Shown here piece after piece: positions 18,808 through 34,797 of a stretch of DNA of 64,000 bases. The first letter of the stretch is position 1. Every line of letters starts with the position of its first letter. The notes beneath the pieces were generated by a model. It was not told where the DNA came from and made no database searches. It saw only the letters and a list, made by a program, of their open reading frames with translations. This stretch comes from Coriobacteriales bacterium (GTDB lineage Bacteria > Actinomycetota > Coriobacteriia > Coriobacteriales > QAMH01). Both the position numbers and the translations under genes were made by a program. Where the stretch lies: positions 6,282 to 70,281 of the forward strand of contig JBJEHN010000072.1 in NCBI GenBank assembly GCA_051876105.1. Direction: 5' to 3'.

Positions 18808-20277
18808 CTAGCCCTTTGCTGTGATGTCGGCGGCGCTGCGCACGACGTTGTGGGCGATGGGCTTCCACTCGACCTTGCTGAACACGGCCACCAGCGCGAT
18901 GGGCACGTAGGTGAGCATGAACAGCGGGAAGGTGAAGACCGACTTGATCTTGGCGGCCGGCTTGGCGTGGATCTGCTTCCACTCGGTGATGACGGTGAGC
19001 CCGCCGAAGAGCAGCATGATGCCGGCGAAGGCCACGAAGCAGCCCAGGAAGCTCGTGAACGAGGCCACGATGGTGGCGCGGGCGCTGCCGTAGCTGAGGT
19101 AGGCGGCCAGGTTCTCTGTGGTGATGTAGGAGAGCACGTCGCCGCTGAAGGCCGAGCCCGTGAGCAGCGATATGACCACCACGAAGGGGTTGGCGTTGAC
19201 CGCCGCCGCCGATGCGGCGCCGCTGATGACCTCGGTCATGGCCGGTGCCATGCTGATGAGCTGCACCAGCCCCATGAGGCAAAACGCCAGGTTGGCGAAC
19301 ACGCTCGTGAGGGTGAGCAGCATGGCCGGCGCGATGGTCATGAACATGTCGAAGCAGGCCCAGCGGCCGCCCTTGCGCACGCCGATGCCCTTGAAGAGCC
19401 CGGCGCCGTAGCGCAGCAGCACCTGGTAGAAGCCCTTGGCCCAGCGCAGGCGCTGGCGCCAGGAGTCGCGGAAGGTGGTGGGCTGCTCGTCGTAGATGAT
19501 GGCGTCTTGCACGTAGGCGATGCGGTAGCCGTTGGAGATGCAGTCTGTGGAGAACTCGATGTCCTCCGTGAGCAGGTGGTGGATCCAACCCTCGTTGTCC
19601 TCGAGGATCTTGGCGCGCACCATGAAGCCCGTGCCGCCGATGGCGCAGCTGCTGCCCAGGTTGTAGCGGGCGTTGCTCAGGAACTTGGCCTCGCGCAAGA
19701 ACCACAGCGCGCTGCCGGAGGATATCCAGTTGTCGTCGTAGTTCTTGGAGTTGCGGTACGAGGTGAAGGCGCTGAACTCCGGCCTGAGCACCACCTCGCG
19801 GTTGACCGCGCGCACAAAACCCGCGTCGACCACGTTGTCTGCGTCGAAGACGAAGTAGCCCGCGTAGTCCGTGCGGCCGTCCTCGTCGCCCTCCGAGCGG
19901 CGGATCTTGTCGAGCGCGTAGTTGAGCGCGTAGCTCTTGCCCTTGCGCACCTGGTCGAAGCGCTCGAAGACGATGGCACCGGCCTCGCGAGCGACCTTGG
20001 CGGTGTTGTCGGTGCAGTTGTCTGCGATGACGTAGACGTCGATGAGCTCGGCGGGGTAGTCCTGCTGCTTGAGGCTGCGGACCAGCTCGCCGATGACCAC
20101 TTCCTCGTTGCGGCCGGAGATGAGCACCGCGTAGCGGTTGAGGGGGACGTTGCTGTCGTCCGGCTTGCGCTTGTGGTCGACCACCATCACGTACACGGCG
20201 TAGACGACCTGGTACATGTAGCACAGGCTGAAGAGGAAGAAGAGGAACATGTTGAACGCGTTGATGAAACCCGTCAT
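18808..20277 (-). CDS. Membrane-embedded family-2 glycosyltransferase (processive, PgaC/IcaA/cellulose-synthase-like)
   Basis: N-terminal TM, a GT2 core (VLISGRNEE...DADN...TEDIEFS) and QRLRWAKG (QxxRW), followed by several C-terminal TM helices. Confidence 0.8.
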   Translation of the reverse strand: MTGFINAFNMFLFFLFSLCYMYQVVYAVYVMVVDHKRKPDDSNVPLNRYAVLISGRNEEVVIGELVRSLKQQDYPAELIDVYVIADNCTDNTAKVAREAGAIVFERFDQVRKGKSYALNYALDKIRRSEGDEDGRTDYAGYFVFDADNVVDAGFVRAVNREVVLRPEFSAFTSYRNSKNYDDNWISSGSALWFLREAKFLSNARYNLGSSCAIGGTGFMVRAKILEDNEGWIHHLLTEDIEFSTDCISNGYRIAYVQDAIIYDEQPTTFRDSWRQRLRWAKGFYQVLLRYGAGLFKGIGVRKGGRWACFDMFMTIAPAMLLTLTSVFANLAFCLMGLVQLISMAPAMTEVISGAASAAAVNANPFVVVISLLTGSAFSGDVLSYITTENLAAYLSYGSARATIVASFTSFLGCFVAFAGIMLLFGGLTVITEWKQIHAKPAAKIKSVFTFPLFMLTYVPIALVAVFSKVEWKPIAHNVVRSAADITAKG

Positions 20278-20463
20278 TGCGCAGTGTCACCTTTCCTGCC
20301 GCCTGGCTGAGCGCGGCGTTTCCTTTCTGCAACCGTCACATAGTACCCCCAAACCCCTGGCGGGTGCAGCAAGCGGCCCCGCCTCTACACCGAAGGCCCA
20401 CAGGGGCCCTGCTGGAAGGCGCGCTATACTCGGGTGGAACGCAAGGCGAAGCAGGAGGTTTCT

Positions 20464-20769
20464 GTGGGACGACTCAGCACCATCGAAGACCTTGAGCAGA
20501 GGGTCGAACACGAGGCCCAGGCTGCCGCCGCTGCTGCCGCCGCACAGGCGCCGGAGCATGCGGCCCCGCAGCAGGCAACCGCGCAGGCAGCCGGCCCCCA
20601 GGCAGCGCAGCAGGCGCCCAAGTCGCGGGCCCAGCTCGAAGCCGAGTTCCACGGGCTCGGCACGCAGACCAAGCGCGACGGTGGCCACACCGCCCTCATC
20701 GTCGCAGCGGTGGTCATCGTCGTCGCAGCGGCACTCTACATCGCCAACTACTCCCTGCACTTCTTCTAG
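20464..20769 (+). CDS. Hypothetical tail-anchored membrane protein with Ala/Gln-rich low-complexity region
   Basis: GTG 20464 lies 5 nt after AGGAGG (20453-20458). C-terminal TM is ALIVAAVVIVVAAALYIANY. No family recognised. Confidence 0.4.
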   Translation: MGRLSTIEDLEQRVEHEAQAAAAAAAAQAPEHAAPQQATAQAAGPQAAQQAPKSRAQLEAEFHGLGTQTKRDGGHTALIVAAVVIVVAAALYIANYSLHFF

Positions 20770-20781
20770 GGGGCGCAAGCG

Positions 20782-21642
20782 ATGGCAAGCTACGAGAGCT
20801 ACCCGGAAAAGCCCCAGACCCCGCCCAAAGACCCCGGCAAGAGCCGCCTGCGCACCGTGCTCGCCATCCTCATCGTGGTGCTGCTGGTGGTGGCCGCCTT
20901 GGTGGGCGTCATGGTCTGGCGCAACGGCACCGTGAGCAACGCCCGCCAGCCAGACACCGAGGCCCTGGTCCAGAGCACCGCTGGCGTCTCGTCCGTGAGC
21001 TTCCAGCCCGTCGAGCTCGAGGGCATGCCGGCATGCAGCAAGCTCTACGGCAAGACGCTTGCGCAGGTCCGCGCACTCAAGGGTTCCCAGCTGGCCTTCG
21101 ATTCCAAGAAGCTCGCCCCCGCCGGCGAGCTGCCCGCCGGCCTCGGCAGCACCGCCGCGGCGCCCAAGTACAAGGCGACCGCCTCCCTGCAGGGCTGCAA
21201 GGGCGCCTACCTCACGCTCTACTTCGGCAAGGCCAAGAAGGTCGTGGGCGCGTACTACAGCTTCGACCTCGACGAGCTGGGCGTAGCAGAGGCTGAGTTC
21301 TCCGTCTACCTGGCAGACGGCACCGTCGCGTCCTCGCTGCTCTGCGGCGTAGGGCTGGACAAGGACCGCTGCTCCAAGACCGCCGTCGAGGCCAAGACAA
21401 GCGCCGCCCCCGTTCAGGAGGACAGCGGCATGCGCAGCTGCACCATCGGCGACGACACGGGCGCCAAGCTGAAGAAGACCAGCACGACCAAGAAGGTCTA
21501 CAGCAAGAAGAAGGCGGCCTACGTCAAGAAAAAGCTCACCAAGAAGGTGCAGGTCGACTTCATGAGCTGGCAGCTCACCCAAACCTACCGCTACAGCCCC
21601 GAAGGCCAGACCACCCGCACCGCCGAGCTCGCGCTCTCATAG
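20782..21642 (+). CDS. Hypothetical single-pass membrane protein (extracytoplasmic domain, Lys-rich C-terminal part)
   Basis: N-terminal TM LRTVLAILIVVLLVVAALVGVMVW. High-GC3 codon usage. No family recognised. Confidence 0.5.
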   Translation: MASYESYPEKPQTPPKDPGKSRLRTVLAILIVVLLVVAALVGVMVWRNGTVSNARQPDTEALVQSTAGVSSVSFQPVELEGMPACSKLYGKTLAQVRALKGSQLAFDSKKLAPAGELPAGLGSTAAAPKYKATASLQGCKGAYLTLYFGKAKKVVGAYYSFDLDELGVAEAEFSVYLADGTVASSLLCGVGLDKDRCSKTAVEAKTSAAPVQEDSGMRSCTIGDDTGAKLKKTSTTKKVYSKKKAAYVKKKLTKKVQVDFMSWQLTQTYRYSPEGQTTRTAELALS

Positions 21643-21645
21643 TCA

Positions 21646-21682
21646 AAATGGGACAGTGGGGACTGTCCCCACTGTCCCATTC
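21646..21682. terminator. Conserved palindromic bidirectional terminator, copy a
   Basis: AAAATGGGACAGTGGGGA-CTG-TCCCCACTGTCCCATT lies between convergent genes (the + gene stops at 21642, rsmA stops at 21691). Confidence 0.75.
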
Positions 21683-21690
21683 GGCTCCGC

Positions 21691-22572
21691 TTAGGCTGGC
21701 AGCTGCAGGAGCTCGGTGCCGAGGCGCAGGTAGTCCTCGATGTCGAGGGACTCGCCGCGGGCCTTGGGGTCGATGCCACAGCGCTCCAGCAGCTCGTCGA
21801 CCACGGCTGCGTCGAAGCGCGTCCTCATGGAGTTGCGTATGTTCTTGCGGCGCTGCGCGAAGGCGGCGTCTGCCACCTGGCAGGCCGCCTGCACCACCGC
21901 CGCGTCATCGCACAGCTGGCTGCGCTCCAGGCGGATGACTGCGCTCTCCACGCGCGGCGCGGGGTGGAAGCAGCGCGGGCTCACCTGGAAGCGCCCCGTT
22001 GTGCGCGCGTGCATGCGCAGCTTGACGGTGTAGGCGCCATAGTCCTTGCAGCCCTTCTGCGCGGCGATGCGGTCCGCGACCTCGCTTTGCACCATGACGG
22101 TCATGCTCTGCAGGAACTCGAAGCGCTCGAACCAGTCCAAGATCACCGTGGCCGCCACCGCGTAGGGCAGGTTGGCCACCAGCATGGTGGGCAGCGGCGC
22201 GCCCAGGGCGGCGTAGGCCTCCTCGAGCTGTGCGCGTTGCACCTTGAGCGCATCTGCGCTGATCACGCGGTAGCGGTCGCTGTGGAAGGCCGTGGTCTCT
22301 GCCAGAACGGGGAGCAGGTCCTCGTCGCGCTCGACCGACACGACCGTGCCGTGGTCGAGCAGTGCCACGGTGAGCGTGCCGATGCCGGGGCCGATCTCCA
22401 AGATGCTGTTGCCCGCACCCTCGTCCTCGAGCAGGCCGGCAAGCTGCAGGATGCGGCCGATGACGTTGTCTTCCACCAGGAAGTTCTGGCCCAGGGAGTA
22501 CTTGGCGGCCAGGCCGAAGCGCTCCAAGGTCCCCAGGGTGGCGCTGCGGTTGGCCAAGGGCGAGTAGCTCAT
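21691..22572 (-). CDS. rsmA: 16S rRNA (adenine1518/1519-N6)-dimethyltransferase
   Basis: MSYSPLANRS...LGQNFLVEDNVIGRI...ILEIGPGIGTLT...VANLPY... Start ATG 22572 overlaps the upstream stop (ATGA). The track ORF carries a 149-aa spurious extension. Confidence 0.92.
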   Translation of the reverse strand: MSYSPLANRSATLGTLERFGLAAKYSLGQNFLVEDNVIGRILQLAGLLEDEGAGNSILEIGPGIGTLTVALLDHGTVVSVERDEDLLPVLAETTAFHSDRYRVISADALKVQRAQLEEAYAALGAPLPTMLVANLPYAVAATVILDWFERFEFLQSMTVMVQSEVADRIAAQKGCKDYGAYTVKLRMHARTTGRFQVSPRCFHPAPRVESAVIRLERSQLCDDAAVVQAACQVADAAFAQRRKNIRNSMRTRFDAAVVDELLERCGIDPKARGESLDIEDYLRLGTELLQLPA

Positions 22573-23129
22573 CGCACCTCCTCTGCAATGGCGCGCGCCA
22601 GCTCCGGCACGCGCTCGAGCCGGTAGCTGCCGGCGGTGAAGTCGTGCACGCGCTGTGGCTCCAGGCGCAGGCCCGTGCTGTTGAGTGCGCTGGTGGCGAT
22701 GGCAACCAGCGGCTCGTAGCCGAAGGGGTCGCCGCCCTCCCCCACCGCCAGCAGGTGGGCCGGGCGCTTGGGCGGCAGAGGCCGGCCGAGCACGTAGCGG
22801 CGCGCCCAGTAGACCTGGCAGCGGTCGAGCGCGGCCTTGAGCCAGCCGCTGGGGCCGGCGAAGTAGACGGGTGCCACCACCACAGCGGCGCTGCAGGAGT
22901 CCATGTGACGGCTGAGCACGCCGAAGCCGTCCCCCGCGATCACGCACTCGCCCGTGGCAGAGCAGCTGCCGCAGCCCGTGCAGGCGGCGACGGGGTACTC
23001 GGCCAAGGGGTAGAGGCACACGCGGCAGCCCAGCTGGCGCAGCTCGCCGGCAAGCGCCTTGGCAAGGGCGGCGCTGCGGCCCTCCTTGCGCGGGGAGCCC
23101 ACCAGTATCAGGACCTCGGGTTGCGTCAC
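22569..23129 (-). CDS. Iron-sulfur flavoprotein-like (Isf / NADPH-dependent FMN reductase fold)
   Basis: VLILVGSPRKEGRS... flavodoxin-like N-terminus plus the compact Cys motif CTGCGSCSATGEC (CX2CX2CX5C). GTG start 23129 overlaps the tatD stop (GTGA) and follows GAGGAGGAG. Confidence 0.7.
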   Translation of the reverse strand: MTQPEVLILVGSPRKEGRSAALAKALAGELRQLGCRVCLYPLAEYPVAACTGCGSCSATGECVIAGDGFGVLSRHMDSCSAAVVVAPVYFAGPSGWLKAALDRCQVYWARRYVLGRPLPPKRPAHLLAVGEGGDPFGYEPLVAIATSALNSTGLRLEPQRVHDFTAGSYRLERVPELARAIAEEVR

Positions 23130-24187
23130 AGCTCCTCCTCGGGGTAGCGCGGGCGGTCGAGCAGCTCGACGGCGTTGCGGTACAGGCGCTGGCACATGCC
23201 CAGCTCGTCCAGCCCGCCCTGCAGGGCGGTAAAGCTTGGCTGCAGCAGCGGGCGAGGCTCCTCGCCTTCCGGCAGGTCCATGGGGCGCGGGCTCATCAGC
23301 TCCAGCGCGCGCTCCCGCCCCGCATAGCCCAGGCAGTCGAGCAACATGCGCAGGGTGTAGGCGGTGTGGGCCGGCTCGCAGACCACGCCGCGCAGGGGCT
23401 CGGGCGCCATGAAGGGGGCGTCTGTCTCTGTGAGCAGGCGCTCTGCGCTCACCAGGGCAACAGCGGCCCTGGTGCCGCACTCCCTCTTGAAGGTGAGCGG
23501 GCCGCCCAGTGCAACGTGGCAGCCCAGCTCGGCAAAGGGCTCCAAGTCCTGCGGGCCCAGGTTGAAGCAGTGCAGGATGCAGCCCGCTTGGGGCACACCT
23601 TCGCGCTTGAGGATCTCCAGGGCCTCGGCATGGGCCTCGCGGATGTGCAGCGAAACCGGAAGCCCCAGCTCATGGGCCATGTTCAGCTGCAGGGCGAACA
23701 CGCGGCGCTGGTCCTCGCGCGGGCTTTTGTCGTAGTGGTAGTCGAGGCCGATCTCTCCCAGGCAGCTGGTGGCGGGGTGGGCCAGCAGCTCCTCCAGTAT
23801 GGGCCGGCCGAAGTCCCAGCAGCGCGCGTTGTGCGGGTGCACGCCGCAGGCCATGCGGATGACGGGGACCTCCGCGCCCGCCATGCCCCACTCGTCGAGC
23901 AAGGTGCGCGCGGCGGCGCGCCATTCGCCCAGGCGCGCGTAGATGTCCCTCGACCAGACCTCGCCTTCGGCCTGCTCGGCTGGGTCGGTGATGCACTCGA
24001 TGAAGCCCACCCCGTGCGCAGCCGCGCGGGCGAGCGCCAGCGGCACGTCCGCCAGCATGCCCAGGTGGCAATGCGTGTCTGCAACCGGCGCACCCTGCGG
24101 CAGCACCGGCGCCGCCTTCAGCTTCCCCTTGGAGTTGCGGAAGGCGGCGTCGCACGCCTCAAAGCTCTTGAAATCACTCAAAGACAT
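23126..24187 (-). CDS. TatD-family metal-dependent hydrolase/DNase
   Basis: VADTHCHL...ACGVHPHNA...GEIGLDYHY...SLHIREAH...ILHCF...ETDAPF. Start is ambiguous (ATG 24187 after GAGAGG, or ATG 24217). Confidence 0.85.
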   Translation of the reverse strand: MSLSDFKSFEACDAAFRNSKGKLKAAPVLPQGAPVADTHCHLGMLADVPLALARAAAHGVGFIECITDPAEQAEGEVWSRDIYARLGEWRAAARTLLDEWGMAGAEVPVIRMACGVHPHNARCWDFGRPILEELLAHPATSCLGEIGLDYHYDKSPREDQRRVFALQLNMAHELGLPVSLHIREAHAEALEILKREGVPQAGCILHCFNLGPQDLEPFAELGCHVALGGPLTFKRECGTRAAVALVSAERLLTETDAPFMAPEPLRGVVCEPAHTAYTLRMLLDCLGYAGRERALELMSPRPMDLPEGEEPRPLLQPSFTALQGGLDELGMCQRLYRNAVELLDRPRYPEEEL

Positions 24188-24230
24188 GAAACCTCTCATG
24201 CAAGTCAACGTCCGCACGCCCCGGTGCCGC

Positions 24231-24338
24231 GTAGCGGTGCGAGGGTGCGTGCAGCTGCAGCGACCAGCGAAGGGAGCGGCCTTGGCGTGCCGTGACCGGA
24301 GCTGGGAGCCGCAGATGTGCGTGCCCTCGCGCCGCTAC
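24231..24338 (-). repeat. Conserved 3'-end element copy 2 (after metG): 15-bp inverted repeat arms flanking the 78-nt core
   Basis: Arms are GTAGCGGTGCGAGGG (24231-24245) and CCCTCGCGCCGCTAC (24324-24338, spanning the metG stop), with one T/G position. Core is 24246-24323. Confidence 0.7.
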
Positions 24339-25867
24339 AGCCTGGGGAAGAGGGCGTCGCCCTTAACCACTGTGTTGCCGGCGGGCAGGCCGCCCCACTG
24401 GGCAGCCTCCGCGCCGTTGCGGACCTCGGTGGCCTTGCCCAGGCCAAGGCGCGCGTAGAGCTCGTCGCTGGTGGTGGGCATGAAGGGGCACAGCAGCAGG
24501 GCGCTGATGCGGCAGGCCTCCAGGGCGTTGTAGAGCACGGCGGCCAGCTGCGGCAGGGTCTCCTCGGCCTTGGCGAGGTTCCAGGGCGCGCTCTCCTCAA
24601 CGTAGAGGTTGGCGCGGTGCACCAGCTCCATGATGGCTGCGGTCGCGCCGCCGAAGTCGACGTTGCGCAGGCAGGCGGCGTACTTGGGGTAGAGCTCGTC
24701 CGCGATCTCCTTGAGCGGGTTTTCCGCCAGCTCGGCGGGGCAGGCGGGCACCACGCCGTCAAAGTACTTGACCGTCATGTTGGAGACGCGGCTGAACAGG
24801 TTGCCATAGCTGTTGGCGAGGTCGGCGTTGTAGACCTGGGTCATGCGGTCGAGACCGATGTTGCCGTCGGAGCCGAAGGTGACGTCGCTCATGAAGTAGT
24901 AGCGGTAGGCGTCGACGCCGTAGGTCTCCATGAGCTGGCGCGGGTAGAGCGCGTTGCCCTTGGACTTGGACATCTTGGAGCCGTCTGCAGCCATGAGGAA
25001 GCCGTGGGCGAAGACGTGCTTGGGCAGGGGCAGGCCGGCGGCCATGAGCATGGCGGGCCAGATCACGCAGTGGAAGCGGATGATGTCCTTGCCCACGAAG
25101 TGGAAGTCAGCCGGCCAGCGGCGCTGGAACTCGGCCTCGTCCTCAGAGCCGTAGCCCAAGGCGGTGAGGTAGTTGATGAGGGCGTCGACCCACACGTAGG
25201 TGACGTGCTCGGAGTCGAAGGGCAGCGGCACGCCCCAGTCGAAGGTGGAGCGGCTGATGGAGAGGTCGTGCATGCCGCCCTTCACAAAGCTCATGACCTC
25301 GTTGCGGCGGATCTCCGGGCGGATGAACTCGGGGTTCTCCTCGTAGTAGGCGATGAGCTTGTCGCCGAACTCGCTCAGCTTGAAGAACCAGTTCTCCTCC
25401 TTGATGGGCTGCACGGGGCGGCCGCAGTCGGGGCAGCAGCCGTCGACGAGGTCCTCTTCGGCGAAGAAGGTCTCGCAGGGGGTGCAGTAGAGGCCCTCGT
25501 AGGAGTCCTTGTACAGGTAGCCGTTGTCATAGAGGGTCTGCAGGAACTTCTGCACGCCGGTCATGTGGCGCTCTTCGGTGGTGCGGATGAAGTCGTCATT
25601 GGTGATGTCGAGGTCGCGCCAGAGCTCCTGGAACTGCGGGAGCTGGCTGTCGCACCACTCCTGCGGGGTCATGCCGTGCTCGGCAGCGGACTGGGCGACC
25701 TTCTGGCCGTGCTCGTCGAGGCCGGTGAGGAAGTGCACGTCCTGGCCGTCGAGGCGGTTGAAGCGGGCGATGGTGTCTGCCGCAATGGTGGTGTAGGCGG
25801 TGCCGATGTGGGGCTCGCCGTTGACGTAGTAGATGGGGGTGGTGATGTAGAACGGTTGCTGGCTCAT
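24335..25867 (-). CDS. metG: Methionine--tRNA ligase
   Basis: MSQQPFYITTPIYYVNGEPHIGTAYT (HIGH-type), KMSKSKGN, and a CPDCG zinc knuckle. Start ATG 25867. Confidence 0.95.
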   Translation of the reverse strand: MSQQPFYITTPIYYVNGEPHIGTAYTTIAADTIARFNRLDGQDVHFLTGLDEHGQKVAQSAAEHGMTPQEWCDSQLPQFQELWRDLDITNDDFIRTTEERHMTGVQKFLQTLYDNGYLYKDSYEGLYCTPCETFFAEEDLVDGCCPDCGRPVQPIKEENWFFKLSEFGDKLIAYYEENPEFIRPEIRRNEVMSFVKGGMHDLSISRSTFDWGVPLPFDSEHVTYVWVDALINYLTALGYGSEDEAEFQRRWPADFHFVGKDIIRFHCVIWPAMLMAAGLPLPKHVFAHGFLMAADGSKMSKSKGNALYPRQLMETYGVDAYRYYFMSDVTFGSDGNIGLDRMTQVYNADLANSYGNLFSRVSNMTVKYFDGVVPACPAELAENPLKEIADELYPKYAACLRNVDFGGATAAIMELVHRANLYVEESAPWNLAKAEETLPQLAAVLYNALEACRISALLLCPFMPTTSDELYARLGLGKATEVRNGAEAAQWGGLPAGNTVVKGDALFPRL

Positions 25868-25954
25868 GATGCCCTCTCTTGTCGTATGCGAATGATGCAC
25901 GTAACCGAACAGTATACTCCCGCGCCCGCCCCTCCCCTCTCCAGGGCACACCGC

Positions 25955-25986
25955 AAAAGGGGCCGCCCTCGCAGGCGGCCCCTCGG
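25955..25986 (-). terminator. Rho-independent terminator after rpoC
   Basis: Minus strand reads GGGGCCGCC-TGCGAG-GGCGGCCCC followed by TTTTGCGG, about 25 nt after the rpoC stop. Confidence 0.75.
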
Positions 25987-26010
25987 GTTCAGCGCGTGTT
26001 CAGCTGGCGC

Positions 26011-30390
<4,380 letters not shown>

Positions 30391-30393
30391 GTC

Positions 30394-33891
<3,498 letters not shown>

Positions 33892-33958
33892 CTACTGTCC
33901 TCCTTCATATGTGAGCAGATTGGTTCCTACGAATGCACATTGCACCAATAGGACCTAG

Positions 33959-33987
33959 ACCATATTTATTTGACCCGCTCTCGTCAA
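33959..33987 (-). promoter_or_regulatory. Candidate rpoBC promoter
   Basis: Minus strand reads TTGACG-17 nt-TATGGT in the relatively AT-rich 33892-34110 segment. It predicts a 5' UTR of about 60 nt. Confidence 0.4.
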
Positions 33988-34112
33988 GGAAAACTTTGCC
34001 CAGCGGGCGTTTGGCTGGGCAACCATCGGCAAACGGCACAAAAAAATCGGAGATGCACATACACCTCCAACTGTCAAGCACAGAGATAAAGTTGTCTATC
34101 GCCAATCTCTCA

Positions 34113-34318
34113 AGACCGAAGGCGAGCAAGGCCGGGGAGGTCGCCTGAAGGGATATTCCCGGAGCAGAGTCCGCCTGGAGGCTTTTCGGGGCCGAGGACT
34201 GTCTGAGGGCCGAAGGCCCGAGTTCCGCAGGCGAAAAGCCGGAAGGCGGACTCGGGTGCGCAGGGCTATCCCTTCAGGCGACCTCCCCGGCCTTGCTCGC
34301 TCCCCGCAGGTTCGGTCT
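34113..34318. repeat. Long (about 206 bp) near-perfect inverted repeat/hairpin between the phosphoesterase gene and rpoB
   Basis: A perfect 34-bp arm GCGAGCAAGGCCGGGGAGGTCGCCTGAAGGGATA (34121-34154) pairs with 34267-34300. Outer AGACCGAA/TTCGGTCT and inner GAGTCCGCCTGGAGGCTTTTCG/CGAAAAGCCGGAAGGCGGACTC extend the structure. Confidence 0.9.
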
Positions 34319-34332
34319 GAGCAGGTTCACTA

Positions 34333-34788
34333 TCACAGCTCCCAGGCGCGCGTTGGCCCGACGACGCCGTCTGCGAGCTCCACGGTGAGGCACTGCCGGG
34401 CGCTGCCCTTGCGGGGCCTGCTGGCGCTGCCCGGGTTGATGATGCGGCACTCCCCCCTCACCTCGTCGCGCGGCACATGCGTGTGCCCGTGCACCACCAG
34501 CTTGTACTCGCCGCTGCGCGCCAGCGCCTCGGCGTCCTGCGGGTAGTGCGTGACCGCAAAGGGCACGCCGCCGACGATGCCGCACACCGTCTTGCGCACG
34601 GAGCTGCCGTAGTCCTGCCAGTCGTTGTTGCCCAGGCAGCAGTAGGTGGGTGCGATGGCCTCCAGCTCCCAGAGCACGCTGGGGCGCCCCATGTCGCCTG
34701 CGCAGATGATGTAGTCCACCCCTGCGAAGACGCGGTAGATGTCCTCGGAGAGGTCCCCGTGCACGTCGCTGATGATCCCCACCCTCAC
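34333..34788 (-). CDS. Metallophosphoesterase (YfcE/MJ0936 family)
   Basis: MRVGIISDVHGD...ICAGDM...GNND...VHGHTH... Confidence 0.8.
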   Translation of the reverse strand: MRVGIISDVHGDLSEDIYRVFAGVDYIICAGDMGRPSVLWELEAIAPTYCCLGNNDWQDYGSSVRKTVCGIVGGVPFAVTHYPQDAEALARSGEYKLVVHGHTHVPRDEVRGECRIINPGSASRPRKGSARQCLTVELADGVVGPTRAWEL

Positions 34789-34797
34789 GGCGCGCCC

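Noticed and set aside
34072-34077. TTGACA hexamer (minus strand) as the rpoB promoter -35
   Set aside because: No acceptable -10 hexamer lies 16-18 nt downstream (ATCTCC/CATCTC). The TTGACG-17-TATGGT pair at 33959-33987 is a better candidate.
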